Positions 49,601 through 61,501 of a stretch of 64,000 nucleotides of DNA are shown piece after piece. The number at the start of each line of letters is the position of its first letter. The stretch's first letter is position 1. The position numbers and the translations under genes are program-made. Under the pieces are notes generated by a model. That model was not told where the DNA came from and did not search any database. It was given only the letters and a program-made list of their open reading frames with translations. Location: the NCBI GenBank assembly GCA_037447605.1, contig CM074812.1, positions 1,426,001 through 1,490,000 on the forward strand, written 5' to 3'. Source of the DNA: Zygnema circumcarinatum SAG 698-1b (Eukaryota; Plantae; Zygnematophyceae).

Positions 49601-52600
49601 AGCCTCTGTCGTATCTGTTCCTGTCACCGCAACATCTCCATTTCCCAGATCATCACTGTTTACACTCACATCTTTGCTTATGGCTATCTCCTCGAAGTCA
49701 AGTCCGATGTCATCATCCCAAACGAGCACCTCCCCAAGATGCACAAGGTGTTCTTCAAATTCAACATCTCGGCTTTCTGCAAAGATGCGATCATTAGGGT
49801 TCCATATTCTATACTGTGCGCTGGTTTGGGAATAACCCACAAATATTCCCTCCCAACTTCTCGGCCCAAACTTCCCCTTCCGCTTTTCAGGTGGGATGTG
49901 CACAAAGGCTCTGCAACCCCAAACGCGCAAGTGAGAGACAGATGGTTTTCTGCCGCTCCACAGCTCTTCAGGTGTCTTGTCTTTAGAGATGGAAGTCAGA
50001 CGCCTGTTGCTTATGTGGTTGGCTGTTTGCACCGCCTCTGCCCAAAGGCCAACCTCGGCGCTGGTTTGGTGCAACATGGATCGTGCCATGTCTTGCAGTG
50101 TCCTGTTTTTCCTTTCTGCCACCCCGTTGGATTGAGGAGAATAACTGGCTGTGAACTGCTGTTGAATGCCCCGTGACTGGCAAAATTCTTTCATGGCGAT
50201 AAACTCTCCTCCATTGTCACTCCGCAGCACTTTCACTTTGCATCCTGATTCCCTCTCCACCATTTCTACCCACCTTTCAAAGATCAATGTCAGACGCCGG
50301 CTCTTTTGGCGAAAAGTACACCCAGAATCTTCTGAAATCGCTCCGGTGAGTGTGTCATGATCAACGTGACTCCCACACCCAAAATTTGGGGGCCACATCT
50401 GCGAGTCTGTATGAACCAAGGCTAACCTTTCTTGAGCTCGGTGTTCCACGTCCTTCACCGGGTGTGATTTGCGTACCTGCTTGCCTTTACTGCAACCCTT
50501 GCATGCCTCAATTCCGCTCCCGGAAACTAGCTCCATACCTCTAACAGCGCCTGACTTGATCATGGCTTGAATGTTCTTCTCACTCGTGTGGCACAGGCGT
50601 TGGTGCCACAATGATAAGTCTCCTTCCCCCCCAACAGCCTGCGCCTCTGCTGCTAGCCCATCCGGCTTCTTCCAATGGAGCAATGAGCGGAAGGAAGCTG
50701 TAACCACTCCCTCCGTCTTTGTCTTGTCTACGTCCTTACCGAAATGAATAGAGCCGTCCCATTGATTCATTGATGACCAATTAGCTGCGGTGCAGGGATC
50801 GAGGCAAATTGCAACCTAGGCAGGTAAAAGTGAGAACATTTGGTAGTTCTACCTTCTTAGTCTTCTCCCCATTGTTGGCGAGGCCGGGTCAATCGGCCAG
50901 CGCCGCGTGTTCCGAGCTCATAGGATCCGGTATTAAGCCCGCGGTGAGCCCGGAGGCTGACTGGGGCTGCGGTTCAAGAAAGAGATCTTTTGTCGGCGCG
51001 CTCGTGATGCGTGGCTCTATATCCTATGATCAATGCGTGGTAGTCCCAGTTTCGCAGTTCCCATCGCCCGATACCGTTGCATGCATCCAAGTTGCCGGAC
51101 CCTTGAGAAACGCTTGGTATGTCTCGGCTACGTTATCGCTCGCTCACTTGCTCGGTGAGGGCGCGGCCCTGCCGGCGCCCCTCCTCCTCTCCCTCTTTGT
51201 GAGTTCCCACCCCCTGGTCATTTTAAATATGTGCTCCGTGTCCCACTGTTCGCGGGTGTAACACTGTTGTCACGTCGGGACAATGGGTGCTCAATGTCCT
51301 TTAAATTGCCCGGTTGATGCGTGTAGAATCCACACCACGGCCCTTCGCTTGGGCGGTGAGCCCGTACTACTACGCCTGCGTGAAATGCTTGCCGCGTGCA
51401 TTCCCGGACCTTGGGTTTAGTAAGCTCGGGGATCATCAACTCTCGGTGAGTTTGGACACGGGCGGTATTCGTGGTATCCTCCTTCTGCCCTTTCCCTCTA
51501 TGTCCCACTGAGCCGTAAGCTCCGGGGAACCTCTTTCCCCTTCCCCTTTTCAACGCTTTCGCCGAAATGTCTCTTGGATCTCAGAGTGCGAGAATAATCT
51601 CCGTCACGGAAGCGGCTTAATGCCATCTGCCATACTTTGCTCTCCTTCCGTCTTGAAGGTTGCCCATTCAAAGTTTATGGCCATCTGCTTCACTGGAGTG
51701 TTTCGCACATGAGTGTTTTTCAGAGCGTCCCAATACTCCTTTGCGGTGGCCATCCCTGCCACATTGATGGTCTCATTTGCTGAGAGCGATTCTATGATCA
51801 TCCGTTTTGCTTGTGAGTTTCTCCTCCCCCACGCTTTGATTTCTACAGCGCTAGCCGCTTTGACCTCGGCTTTTTCGCTGTCCGCTGCTATAGCTGGTTT
51901 TGTATCGTCCCCTTCCACAAGTTCCAACAGATCTTTCTCATTTAGGCAATCACGCATCCAGTCTGACCAGAGAGAGAAGTTAGTCGCGTTCAGCAGTATC
52001 AACCTCTTCGGGAACCCCCCCTCGTTGGTTAGCGCCATCTCTGAACCTTGCTCTGATACCAATTGAAAGGGTATTCTAAATACAGAGTGGCATCACAAGT
52101 TGCATTCACCCTCACGCGCACCCATCACAAGACACAGCGTGCCCCACCCAGATTTTCCCATTTATATTCCCAACCCCACGCCCTTACAGACACGCCCCTC
52201 CGCTCAGCAGCTGAGGAAGAGAGAGAACCCTAAACGTCCCTCTGGCAGATGAGTGAGCGGGACCTGCCCACTGCAAATGGGCCGTACGACCGTACGACCG
52301 TACAATTGTACTCCAAACCAACCCAACCCAACATCTCTCTCTCTCTTCTCTTCTCTTCTCTCTTCCTCTCTTTTCTCCTTCCTCCCTGTGTTGCCCACAC
52401 CCACAAATTCCGTTCCATGGCCGTAAAACTATATTGTGCTGATCGCGCACATAGAAAACCAGTGCGCATGGAATGCTCGCTTGGTATTCTGGGACTAGCT
52501 TTTGCACGCGCATGCATGCGTTGACTTTCGTTGACTTTCTTCGACATCTCAAAGCTACATGGAAGTGTGACATCTTCGAATATCATGTTATAAAAAAAAA

Positions 52601-55600
52601 AAAAAAAAACGAAAGGGGCTTAGAGCATTATGGCCCAGCATCGCAGGCATTCCCACTTTTCCTTAGCCGGTATAGTTGCTGGAATCAGTCAGCTATAGTT
52701 GGTCGGTTATAGTTGACTTAGTCAAGTCAAGTCATGATTTGACTGATGAATGTTGAACGAAATATACGAACAATACAAGTATGAAAAAACTGAATTTGAG
52801 GACTTCCATGTGTAAAATATTGCTGAACTTTGCCTTCGCATTTTTTTTTGTACAGGAGGATGGTTCCGTGTCGGAGGCGGGCGGCGAGGGTAAAAAATCA
52901 ACGTGAGTTTTATCATTCGATTTGAATTGAACTGAAAATTCGTTTGATGGCCGATACGTAACTCAAACAAAATTGCTCTAAATCTGGAGGTTGCGAAAAC
53001 CCTAAACCAATTTTTTTTTTTGGGGGGATTTGCGATGTTCCGAAACAGGTTCCAAAATCGCCTTTCGAAAAAAACGAGCGACTACCTCCTTCAGCAGCTA
53101 AGGCCGGTGAGAGGGAAAAAAAAATATTGGGGGCTGAAGGGGCAGAAAAAGGGGTCGAAGAGAAAATCCTTTGCATTAAGGGAATCCAAAAATCAAAATG
53201 TTCCGTCGAACAGCTGCTTTTGGGGCTTTTTGGTAAAACCTAAAGACCCAAAATGAGGTGAGAGAGGAGGAGAGGGCCTAGCGGGGATTTGTTTCTGGTC
53301 ATATATGGAACCGGATTCAAAAAATTGCAGGAAAATAAATTAGTAAATACAGCGAAAAAAAATAGAATGTTTAAGCATATATTTTTGGCATAACCCAATT
53401 TAATTTGTCAGCATCCGTCCTTGGGTTATAAAAAACTACTATTATACTTTATATATGTAATGTATATATATATACTTACTGTTTCTCTACTCTTCCCTGT
53501 GCAGGTCCACGTGTTCTCGGGACACATGCACCAGTTTTGCCGTTCCGTGCACGGCGACGGTAACCGTCAAGTGCCTGAAGTACGGAAAGAAACCCTAAAA
53601 CCTTAAACTCTAAGTCCTAAAACCCTAATCCCTAATAATCTAACCCTAGATCCCTAAACCCTAAAACCCTAAACCCTAAAACCCTAAACCCTAGAACCCT
53701 ACACCCTAGAACCCTACACCCTAGAACCCTACACCCTAGAACCCTACACCCTAAAACCCTAATTCCCTAGAATCCGAAACCCTGGAAACCTAAACCCTAG
53801 AACCCTAACCCTAGAACCCTAAATCCTAGAAACCTAAACCCTAGAACCCTAAATCCTAAAACCCTAAACCCTAGAACCCTAAATCCTGAAACCCTAAACC
53901 GTATCTAAGCAATTCCATGATGCCATTATTTGAATTCTGTGCATTTTTTCGGTGATATAATTTGCTTTTTGTGTTCTAAAAAGTTGTGTTTCATACGAGA
54001 GCTCCAGCAGCTTTAAGGCTCGTAAATTCGAAACTTTAAAATATCATATAGCAGCGTGTTTACCATTATATGTAGATTCAAACAGGAACGGTTTCAAGGA
54101 GGAATTTTTTTATACAAGCGGTTTAGGAGAGATGGTTTACAATTTTTTTGATGTTTTGTTTTTTCTCCTCAGAATTGGCTTTTGTCATGTTGAACTCGAA
54201 GAAGGAAAGTTCAATTTAATCAGGCGATGACATGTGGCATGTCCTGCAGGTGACACTTGGCAGCTTCAACCCTCTCCTCTCCGGCCAACCAGAGGTGTTG
54301 CTGATGTCAGTGTCAGGCCCTTCCGCAGGCGCAGAGCAGAACAGTACAAGATTGCTGACGTCATCCGTGTGCAGATTGCCTTCTCTGAACCGGATCCAGT
54401 GGGGGTGAGTGAGCGACTCCCTTTGAAGGAAGGAGGAAAATGCGGAAATTAAAGAGAACAAAAATAGCGGAAATTTCTGTATTAAGTGAGAGTCCCTAAG
54501 TTTTTGTTTATGGATATGTGAGTACCTCATGAATGCTGCTTTTGTTCCATCTCTTTCTCCCTGTCTCACTGCTACCCTCTCTCTCACTGTCACTCTCTCT
54601 CTCTCTCTCTCTTTCTCACTGTCACACACTCTCTCACTCTCACACTGTCACTCTCTCGCAATATCTCTCTCTTTGTCTGTCTCTCTCTTTGTCACTGTCG
54701 CACACTCTCTCTCACTGTCACTCTCTCGCAATATCTCGCTCTTTGTCTCTCTCTCTCTCTCCCACTATCTCCCTCCCTCTCTCTCTCCCCATTCCAAACG
54801 CTAGCAGCATTCCGTGATGTTTGTGTGTGCAGTCTTCTGATGTTAACGTTCAACATATTTTGCACGACATCTTTGACATGCATTTTCTCTTTGTGTTTTT
54901 GCAGGTACAATTTTCTGGCTGTGTTCACAATACTTTTCCTTCTTTTTTACCCTCCGCTGAATCTCTCCCTCCCCTCATGGGACTCCCTCATGCTGAAGCT
55001 CTTGAACTCGATGGACCGGCGAGAGGGGGAGGACTCCGACGAAGAAAGCGCCTCCAGTAGACGGTAAAGCCACTCCTGCAAGGATGCCGGGGTTCAGGGT
55101 TTAGGGTTCGAGGTTTCGTGGTATACGGTTCAGCGTTTAGGGTCAGGGTTCAGGGTTTAGGGTTTAGGGTTCAGGGTTTGGGGTTTAGAGGTTTAGGGTT
55201 CAGGGTTTAGGGTCAGGGTTCAGGGTTTAGGGTCAGGGTTCAGGGTTCAGGGTTTAGGGTTCAGGGTTTGGGGTTTAGAGGTTTAGGGTTCAGGGTTTAG
55301 GGTCAGGGTTCAGGGTTCAGGGTTCAGGGTTCAGGGTTTAGGGTTTAGAGTTTTAGGGTTTAGGGTTAGGGTTTAGGGTTCGAGATTCGGGGTTTAGAGG
55401 TTTAGGGTCAGGGTTCAAGGTTCAGGGTTCGAGGTTTAGAGGTTTAGGGTTCAGGGTTTAGGGTCAGGGTTCAGGGTTTAGGGTCAGGGTTCAGGGTTTA
55501 GGATTCAGGGTTCAGGGTTTAGGGTCAGGGTTCAGAGTTTGGGGTTTAGAGGTTTAGGGTTTAGGGTTTAGGGTTAGGGTTTAGGGTTCAGAGTTCAGGG

Positions 55601-56090
55601 TTTAGAGGTTTAGGGATTAGGGGTAGGGATTAGGGTTTAAAGCTTTAGGGTTTAGAGATTTAGGGTTCAGAATTTAGGGTTTAGGGTTTAGGGTTAATGT
55701 TTTAGGTTTAGGGTTTAGGGTTTGGGGGTTATGTCTTTCTTTGGGGTGAATTTTGACGCGCTTCATTCAAAAATCACTGATCGACTGCTCCTTTTCACTG
55801 CACAGTTTTTTTCCTCAAATTAACCATTAACTTTTTATTATTTTCCTTTTTATCCACTTGTTACATATAGCGGGCTGCTACAGTTGGGGTCACGTCACGT
55901 CACGTCGCGGAGGGCTGCGGAGGCGGGCGAGGAGGGGACGGCCTCCAAAGGGCCTCCGAAGGGGCGGGCGAAGCGCGGGGGGGGAGGTTCCATGTGGGCC
56001 AGAACGGGCCGGCTCTATGGGCCGCTACTAGTTCTACTGGCCGTTGAAGGACTGCTGGCCGTGGCCCTCAGCGCCAAGGACTGGAGCTAG
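40677..56090 (+). CDS. Calcineurin-like metallophosphoesterase, MPPE1/Cdc1/Ted1-like, with N- and C-terminal TM segments
   Basis: Exons 40677-40835, 42492-42554, 43883-44055, 44228-44411, 44653-44779, 45467-45526 (copy 47183-47242), 45929-46023 (copy 47643-47737), 52856-52902, 53049-53106, 53505-53579, 54250-54404, 54905-55063 and 55871-56090. Motifs: LIADPQ, DLYMRRAF, LGDLFEGG, GNRDVG, LLTHLPL, LRPVHVFSGHMHQFC, EVTLGSF. Confidence 0.88.
45057..48475. other. Direct duplication (45057-46762 = 46773-~48475) across a 10-N gap, probably an assembly artefact; it creates an extra LTR copy at 46119-46388
   Basis: Near-identical copies abut an N gap and duplicate two host exons, an LTR and the RNase H end. 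Confidence 0.8.
47833..52333 (-). mobile_element. Ty1/Copia LTR retrotransposon inserted antisense in a metallophosphoesterase intron
   Basis: 270-bp TG...CA LTRs at 47833-48102 and 52064-52333; 5-bp TSD TCTCT; tRNA-iMet PBS TGGTATCAGAGC (52061-52050); PPT at 48114-48103; domain order gag-integrase-RT-RNase H. Confidence 0.95.
48131..52038 (-). pseudogene. Copia gag-pol, frameshifted in this assembly
   Basis: Gag N-terminus LNATNFSLW; integrase WHQRLCH, LRSDNGGEF, SPQSNGVAERKNRTL; RT YVDDLL, YREAVGSLMYL..TRPDLA; RNase H SDNQG, RTKHIHIQWHFVRE, ADMLTKA. Broken into several ORFs, with an N gap at 49083-49092. Confidence 0.85.
53590..53900. repeat. Intronic telomere-like array, C-strand (CCCTAAA/CCCTAGAA)
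   Basis: Tandem AAACCCT/AGAACCCT units. Confidence 0.9.
55095..55725. repeat. Intronic telomere-like array, G-strand (TTTAGGG/TTCAGGG/TCAGGG)
   Basis: About 630 bp of plant-type telomere repeats and variants. Confidence 0.92.
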
Positions 56091-56565
56091 CTCGAGGGAG
56101 AGGGAGGAGGGGAAGAAAAGGTGATTTTTTTTTTTTTTTTTTCTTAAAGTTAGTTTGGTAGTGCTTAGGTTTGCGCAACAGGTCGTTCATTCTTAGTTTT
56201 TTTTTTTTTTTTTAAATGAAAATAAAAGAAAAAGGAAGTAAGTGTTTTTCTCATTGCCTATCGTAAATGGAATGTGTTGAACAATGTTGAAGCTCTTGAA
56301 AGTTTGGTTTGTCTCTTTGTGCAACATCCACAACATGTTCTAGGACTTGGACTTGACAAGTGTTAACCTTAGGGTTTGTTCAAGACCTTCATGCAAATCC
56401 ACATATGCCCAAACAACAACCTTTGCGTACTATGCGAGAGTCGAGACACCTCCTTCGCCTAAGTATGAATGCAACGGCGACGCAACACGAAGCGTGAGTC
56501 TTTCACAGTTCGGACCAGTGGATCGGCAACCATTGGACAACCATTGGATGGCAATGGTTGGACGT

Positions 56566-56975
56566 CTACTGGTTGGCAACCAGTCGACTGGTTGCCAACC
56601 AGTGGCATCCACTGGTTCCAAACCAGTCGAATGGTTGTTTCGGTCCGCATCCACTGGTTGGCAACCAGTCGAATGGTTGTTTCGGTCCGCAACCACTGGT
56701 TGGCAACCAGTCGAATGGTTGTTTCAGTCCGCAACCACTGGTTGGCAACCAGTCGAATGGTTGCCTACCAGTGGATCCACTGGTTGGCAATCAGTCGACT
56801 GGTTTGGAACCAGTGGCATCCACTGGTTGGCAATCAGTCGACTGGTTTGGAACCAGTGGCATCCACTGGTTGGCAACCAGTCGAATGGTTGTTTCGGTCC
56901 GCAACCACTGGTTGGCAACCAGTCGAATGGTTGTTTCGATCCGGCGGCACTGGTGGGCAACCAGTCGAATGGTTA
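56566..56975. repeat. hAT left subterminal array, 10 x 42-43 bp
   Basis: CCACTGGTTGGCAACCAGTCG alternates with 21-22 nt variable units. Confidence 0.92.
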
Positions 56976-57789
56976 TATCCATTAAATCAAATGGTTGGCA
57001 ACCATTAAATCACTAGTTGTCAACGGTTGGCAACCCACCAAAAAACACATACGACCCATTTTTGAGCCCCTACATCTCCCTACACGTTTGACTTACAGTA
57101 AACTATTAGTTTCCTCTATTTGAAGTACTCACGGAACCCTAAGCCTAGCCTGAACCCTAAATCTGGACTCCTGCTCCTCCTCGCGATTCTGACTGCTCTC
57201 ACAAAGCGTGCACTCATGCGCTCTACGGCGACAAAACAAAACAAGACAAAATAAATTCAGCAGAGCATGTCCATCCACCCAAGAGAAGAAAATGAGCACA
57301 AAAAACACACACATCGCAGTATTCGCATTTTCAGATGATCACATACAGTTGACAAAAATTCATATCAGAAATTTCAAAGCGTGCAATTTTGCTGAATATA
57401 AAAAGACTGCCAAAAGCAGTGGAAGTTTCAAAAAGAAAATAACGAAGCACTTCAAAATTACGAAGGAACGAATTTACAAATTACATATGAAATGAAGTTA
57501 CAGCTTCAAGACTGAGCCTTTAACTCCAGCCCTTAGACTCTACCACACTTTTAAACTCCTAAATGAATACCCCCAACCTTCCTTACCCACCCTCCCTCTC
57601 TCTCTCTCTATCCTCTTTTTCTCACTCCATCCCTCTCTCTCCCATTCCCTCTCTCCTTCCCTATCTCCCTCCCTCCCTCCTCCAATATCTGTCTGCTTGT
57701 TTGCTTGCTTGTTTGCTCGCCTTCTTGCTTGCGTGTCTCCCTCCCTCCTTCCTTTCCTCCTACCTCCCTGCCTCCGTCCATCACATTTT

Positions 57790-60564
57790 TCAATTGTCAT
57801 CATTCACATAATCCGGATAGTCAACTGCCTGAGTATCTATGACATCTTCGTCCGCCTCCTCCCTTGCATCATTTTCGATGGGCATCTCAATTGAAATTTG
57901 CTCTCTTACTTCTTCATCGCTGCCTTCATCTAGCGCACTGACTGCTTCAAAAGATTTGCGATCTGATAAGCGTGTAGGCACAAAAGAGTTGATTTCAACC
58001 CTTGGGATCATTGGAATCGTGTCTGGAATGAGGTCATAATTAGAATGAAGAAAAAGAATCATCTCAACAAATGCAGAGTCAATTTTGTTGCGGCGCCCTG
58101 TTAAAAGCAAACCTGCCATGCTGAAATCACGCTCAATAGCAGCTGCCGATGCAGGGTGACCGAGAACTGCTTGAGCAACTTTGGCAAGCGTTGGATAGTC
58201 CAATTGGACCTTCCTCCAGTAGTTGAGAATATCTTTGTAAGGTACATCCTCAAACGTTGGATTTTCTTTTGTCAAATATCGCTCTAACTCGCCATTGATT
58301 CGCTCATGTGCAGTAGGTGGCCTTATGGCCTCTCCGTCTTCAAGCTTGTCTCGCCCACCATCGTCAAGAATTCCCAAATTTTGCAGCTCTTGCCGTTCTT
58401 GGCCATTGCTTTTCAAAGATTGAATTTGTCGATGTTGCTGCGGGGTGATTTTTTGACGTTTGCTGCTTTCACCAGAACACATAAGCCCCATATCTGCTTG
58501 TCTCATGCTCCCATGTGCGAAGAGTGACATGATACTCTTCTTTGCTGCCTCTGCCTGAATCTTTTTCCTTGTTTCACCTTCAATAATCTTCTCACCCAAC
58601 TCCTCAATCTCCTTATGAACTCTGTCCTTTATAGCGTTTGCTGCTGTATCTTCCATCATCAGCTTCAAGTAAGTCAACTTTCGAAAGCAAGGGTGTAAAC
58701 AAGTAGCCATGTCAAACAAAACACTTGAGCGCAACGAATTTGCATGGTTAGCATAAAATCTGGAATGCAGAGCTTCTGCAAGCTTTTCTCTGGTACATTT
58801 TGCCACAATCGATAAGTGTTCGATGGATATGTCAGACCGCTCATATCGATCAGATCCTATATCCACAGATGGATCAATGACTGTCAAAGGACTGGTAAGG
58901 TTCAAAACTCCTGCTTTTAGCTTGGCGAGTACAATGAGGGCTTCAGTCATGGTAGGATATCCCCCCGATTGGCATGTGACAATCAAAGCTATAATAGGCT
59001 CCATCAAAGAGTACAATTGGAGAAGCGCATCCTTGTCATGCTCTAAAGGAAAAGTCCTCTCAATCTGTATGTAGTGAGTGCGCAAGACCTTCCACAACTT
59101 CAAAACCCTTTCAAGGAGGTTAGCAATGCTTGTCCAACGTTGAGGACAGTCATTTGGGAGCTTCAAAGACGTATACTCCATCTCTTGTTGGAGGGCCATG
59201 AACTTTGCCTTCATGTTGCTACTCTTGTTCAAGCTTTCAACGACTTTCTTCACCTTGATGATCAAATTGCGGGCTTCCAAGTTTTTGGATTTACTTGCTT
59301 GGAGCTGCATTCCAAAGGCTTCCACCAAAGCACAGTTAAGTAGGTGCGGAATGCACCAGTCCCAAGGATGGTGCCCACCAAGCAAGACTGACAGTGAACG
59401 CTTGATGTCGGATCCACTATCAGAAGTTGAGCCGTATGTATCTTTAATGAGATCCAAACCATACTCTTTGAAAACTTGCTCTACCCACATCTTCACGACT
59501 TCAGACATCCGATATTCAGCGCTCAAAAGCTCCTTGCTTGGTTGGAACCTCTTCACAGCAAAAAGGAAACTTCTTTGGTTGAACATAGAATCCACGAAAA
59601 AAGTTCTCAACCCAAGGAACTTCTCCTTAGATGTAGTAGATGTCCACAAATCCACATTCAAATGGAGAATGGGAATGGGACTGCACTTCACCTCCTTCTG
59701 TACCAAGTCAATAAAGACATTTTTGGTCGCTTCGTACATCTCAACTATGTGGTGTTTCACTGCCTTAGAATTTAACTGCTTCGGAAAAAAGTCATTTCCA
59801 ACACAATTAAGCTGGCGTACTTCAGCATCGTATGCAAAAGAAAATGAACACAACTTTTTTATGATATAGACTTTGGTCCAAAACAAGGCATAGTAACGCT
59901 GTGGATTCGTTTTCAATTCCTCTCTGAATTTGGCCTCGACAGATGTGGTCGCAAAATTTGTCTTTGTCTTGAACAGCTTTTTGGACCGCTTGGATTCCAC
60001 TTTATGGACTTGACGAAGGTGGGTGCTAATATTTGAAGTGTGACCCCTTAACGTTTTCACAAACGTTTGCTTGCTTCGGCAAGCAGCATTTGCCAAGCAA
60101 AACCAACCAGGGGGTAAGTGGGCATATTTTGAAGAAGACGGGATGACCCTCACTCCAAATACATCAATTGCAGAATCCAGTCCTTTATCAAACGTTCTAA
60201 ATTTCTTATTGCCAAAAAGCTCCAACTCCTTATATGTTGAAGGCACTTTGAAAGCTGCCCGTGCTTTCTGCACCTCAATAGGAACATTCGTTGTCTGGAC
60301 AACACAAGTACTATCCTCAAAAGCAACGTCTTTTGATCCAACAACTTCTACAACTTCCTCTCCTCCATCTTGCTCTTCTTCGTTGCCCATTTGAATCGAA
60401 TGGGTAGAAGACCTTCTAGCATCCTCCAACCTATCACCACTAGCTGCTACACGATCTCCTACTTCTGCAATGTCATCCTCATTGCCAAAGGGAAAATCCT
60501 CTAAATTACATGTGCCGGTATCCTCCTCCACTGTTGGCTGCAGAACATTCTCTCTTCCCTCCAT
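57790..60564 (-). CDS. hAT transposase, 924 aa, uninterrupted
   Basis: BED-like finger (CLANAAC...TSNISTHLRQVH), VDLWTS, SDSGSD, WCIPHLLN (CxxH), QRWTS, and C-terminal dimerization region YWRK..YPTLAKVAQAVLGHPASAAAIERDFS. Confidence 0.93.
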   Translation of the reverse strand: MEGRENVLQPTVEEDTGTCNLEDFPFGNEDDIAEVGDRVAASGDRLEDARRSSTHSIQMGNEEEQDGGEEVVEVVGSKDVAFEDSTCVVQTTNVPIEVQKARAAFKVPSTYKELELFGNKKFRTFDKGLDSAIDVFGVRVIPSSSKYAHLPPGWFCLANAACRSKQTFVKTLRGHTSNISTHLRQVHKVESKRSKKLFKTKTNFATTSVEAKFREELKTNPQRYYALFWTKVYIIKKLCSFSFAYDAEVRQLNCVGNDFFPKQLNSKAVKHHIVEMYEATKNVFIDLVQKEVKCSPIPILHLNVDLWTSTTSKEKFLGLRTFFVDSMFNQRSFLFAVKRFQPSKELLSAEYRMSEVVKMWVEQVFKEYGLDLIKDTYGSTSDSGSDIKRSLSVLLGGHHPWDWCIPHLLNCALVEAFGMQLQASKSKNLEARNLIIKVKKVVESLNKSSNMKAKFMALQQEMEYTSLKLPNDCPQRWTSIANLLERVLKLWKVLRTHYIQIERTFPLEHDKDALLQLYSLMEPIIALIVTCQSGGYPTMTEALIVLAKLKAGVLNLTSPLTVIDPSVDIGSDRYERSDISIEHLSIVAKCTREKLAEALHSRFYANHANSLRSSVLFDMATCLHPCFRKLTYLKLMMEDTAANAIKDRVHKEIEELGEKIIEGETRKKIQAEAAKKSIMSLFAHGSMRQADMGLMCSGESSKRQKITPQQHRQIQSLKSNGQERQELQNLGILDDGGRDKLEDGEAIRPPTAHERINGELERYLTKENPTFEDVPYKDILNYWRKVQLDYPTLAKVAQAVLGHPASAAAIERDFSMAGLLLTGRRNKIDSAFVEMILFLHSNYDLIPDTIPMIPRVEINSFVPTRLSDRKSFEAVSALDEGSDEEVREQISIEMPIENDAREEADEDVIDTQAVDYPDYVNDDN

Positions 60565-61501
60565 TCTTCCGCTCCTTTACTATTGAATAGCTAAAATATC
60601 GAGTAAAAAACCCCTGCAAACCATAACCCAAAATTTCCCTAAGGCCTTTCAAAGATCAAAAAGCAAAATATGCCTACACCCACCAAAGTACATTCTCATC
60701 ACACCATACTTCTGAACGTTGAGAGGCATACCTTTTAAAATCGTTTTAGTTTGTAGAGCGAAGGAGATATTGGTGTGGAAATGAGCAGTGTCTGTGTCGT
60801 CACTTGGCCACCATTGCTATGGAAACGGCGCCAAATTGGTCCTTCTTTAATGCCATAGCTCCAAGCATGCTTGGCAAGGCAAGCTTTCTCAAAGGCGAAA
60901 GCAGCAAGGAACAGAGTCGGATTCTACGTTTGAAAATGTCCTCCAAAAAATCGTTGAAAGCCTAGGTCCAGCCAGTGGTCTAGCCTAGGTCTAGTGGCGC
61001 ACTGGAAATTGAAGGAAACGACAAGCTTGCCCCGCTTTCTTGGAGCTCGGGCAAAGAGAAGGGCATCCGGACCAAAGTGGCGCGGGAGTTCCCACTGCCT
61101 GTAAAAGGACGATCATCCCCACCAGAGCGGATCCCATCAACCTGCAGAGCAAAAAAAAATGTTATTCCAATCAAAATGCAGAAATTTCCTCTCAAAACTT
61201 CACAAACGAGAAAGCCAAATGAGCAAGTACGTCTGATCTTGATCATGAAACTCAACAGCACGAACAAAGTGAGCCTCTCTCCCAACAGTGAGCTTTATTC
61301 GCAGCAGATTCTGTGTCTCAGGCCGCTCTACCATTTGGGCCCACACACCTGAGGGAGCATAGGAGTTGAGCCCCTTCGGATCCGCACCCTACCCTTACAA
61401 GGCAAGCATGCTGCCGAATGCTGTCAATAAGTGAGAAAGGAAGGGTTCAGGGTAGGAAAAAGAGCATAATTTCAGAAATTCAATGGTTGCCAACCATTGG
61501 A

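Noticed and set aside
48478-51604. Programmed frameshifting in the Copia polyprotein
   Set aside because: The breaks are numerous and irregular, and one is absent from the duplicate copy; sequence error or decay is more likely.
55095-55725. True chromosome end or telomere fusion
   Set aside because: The array is degenerate and lies within an intron with in-frame exons on both sides.
56347-57016. Repeat-protein ORFs (also 61418-62024)
   Set aside because: They are open in many frames only because the subterminal repeat lacks stop codons; no coding signal.
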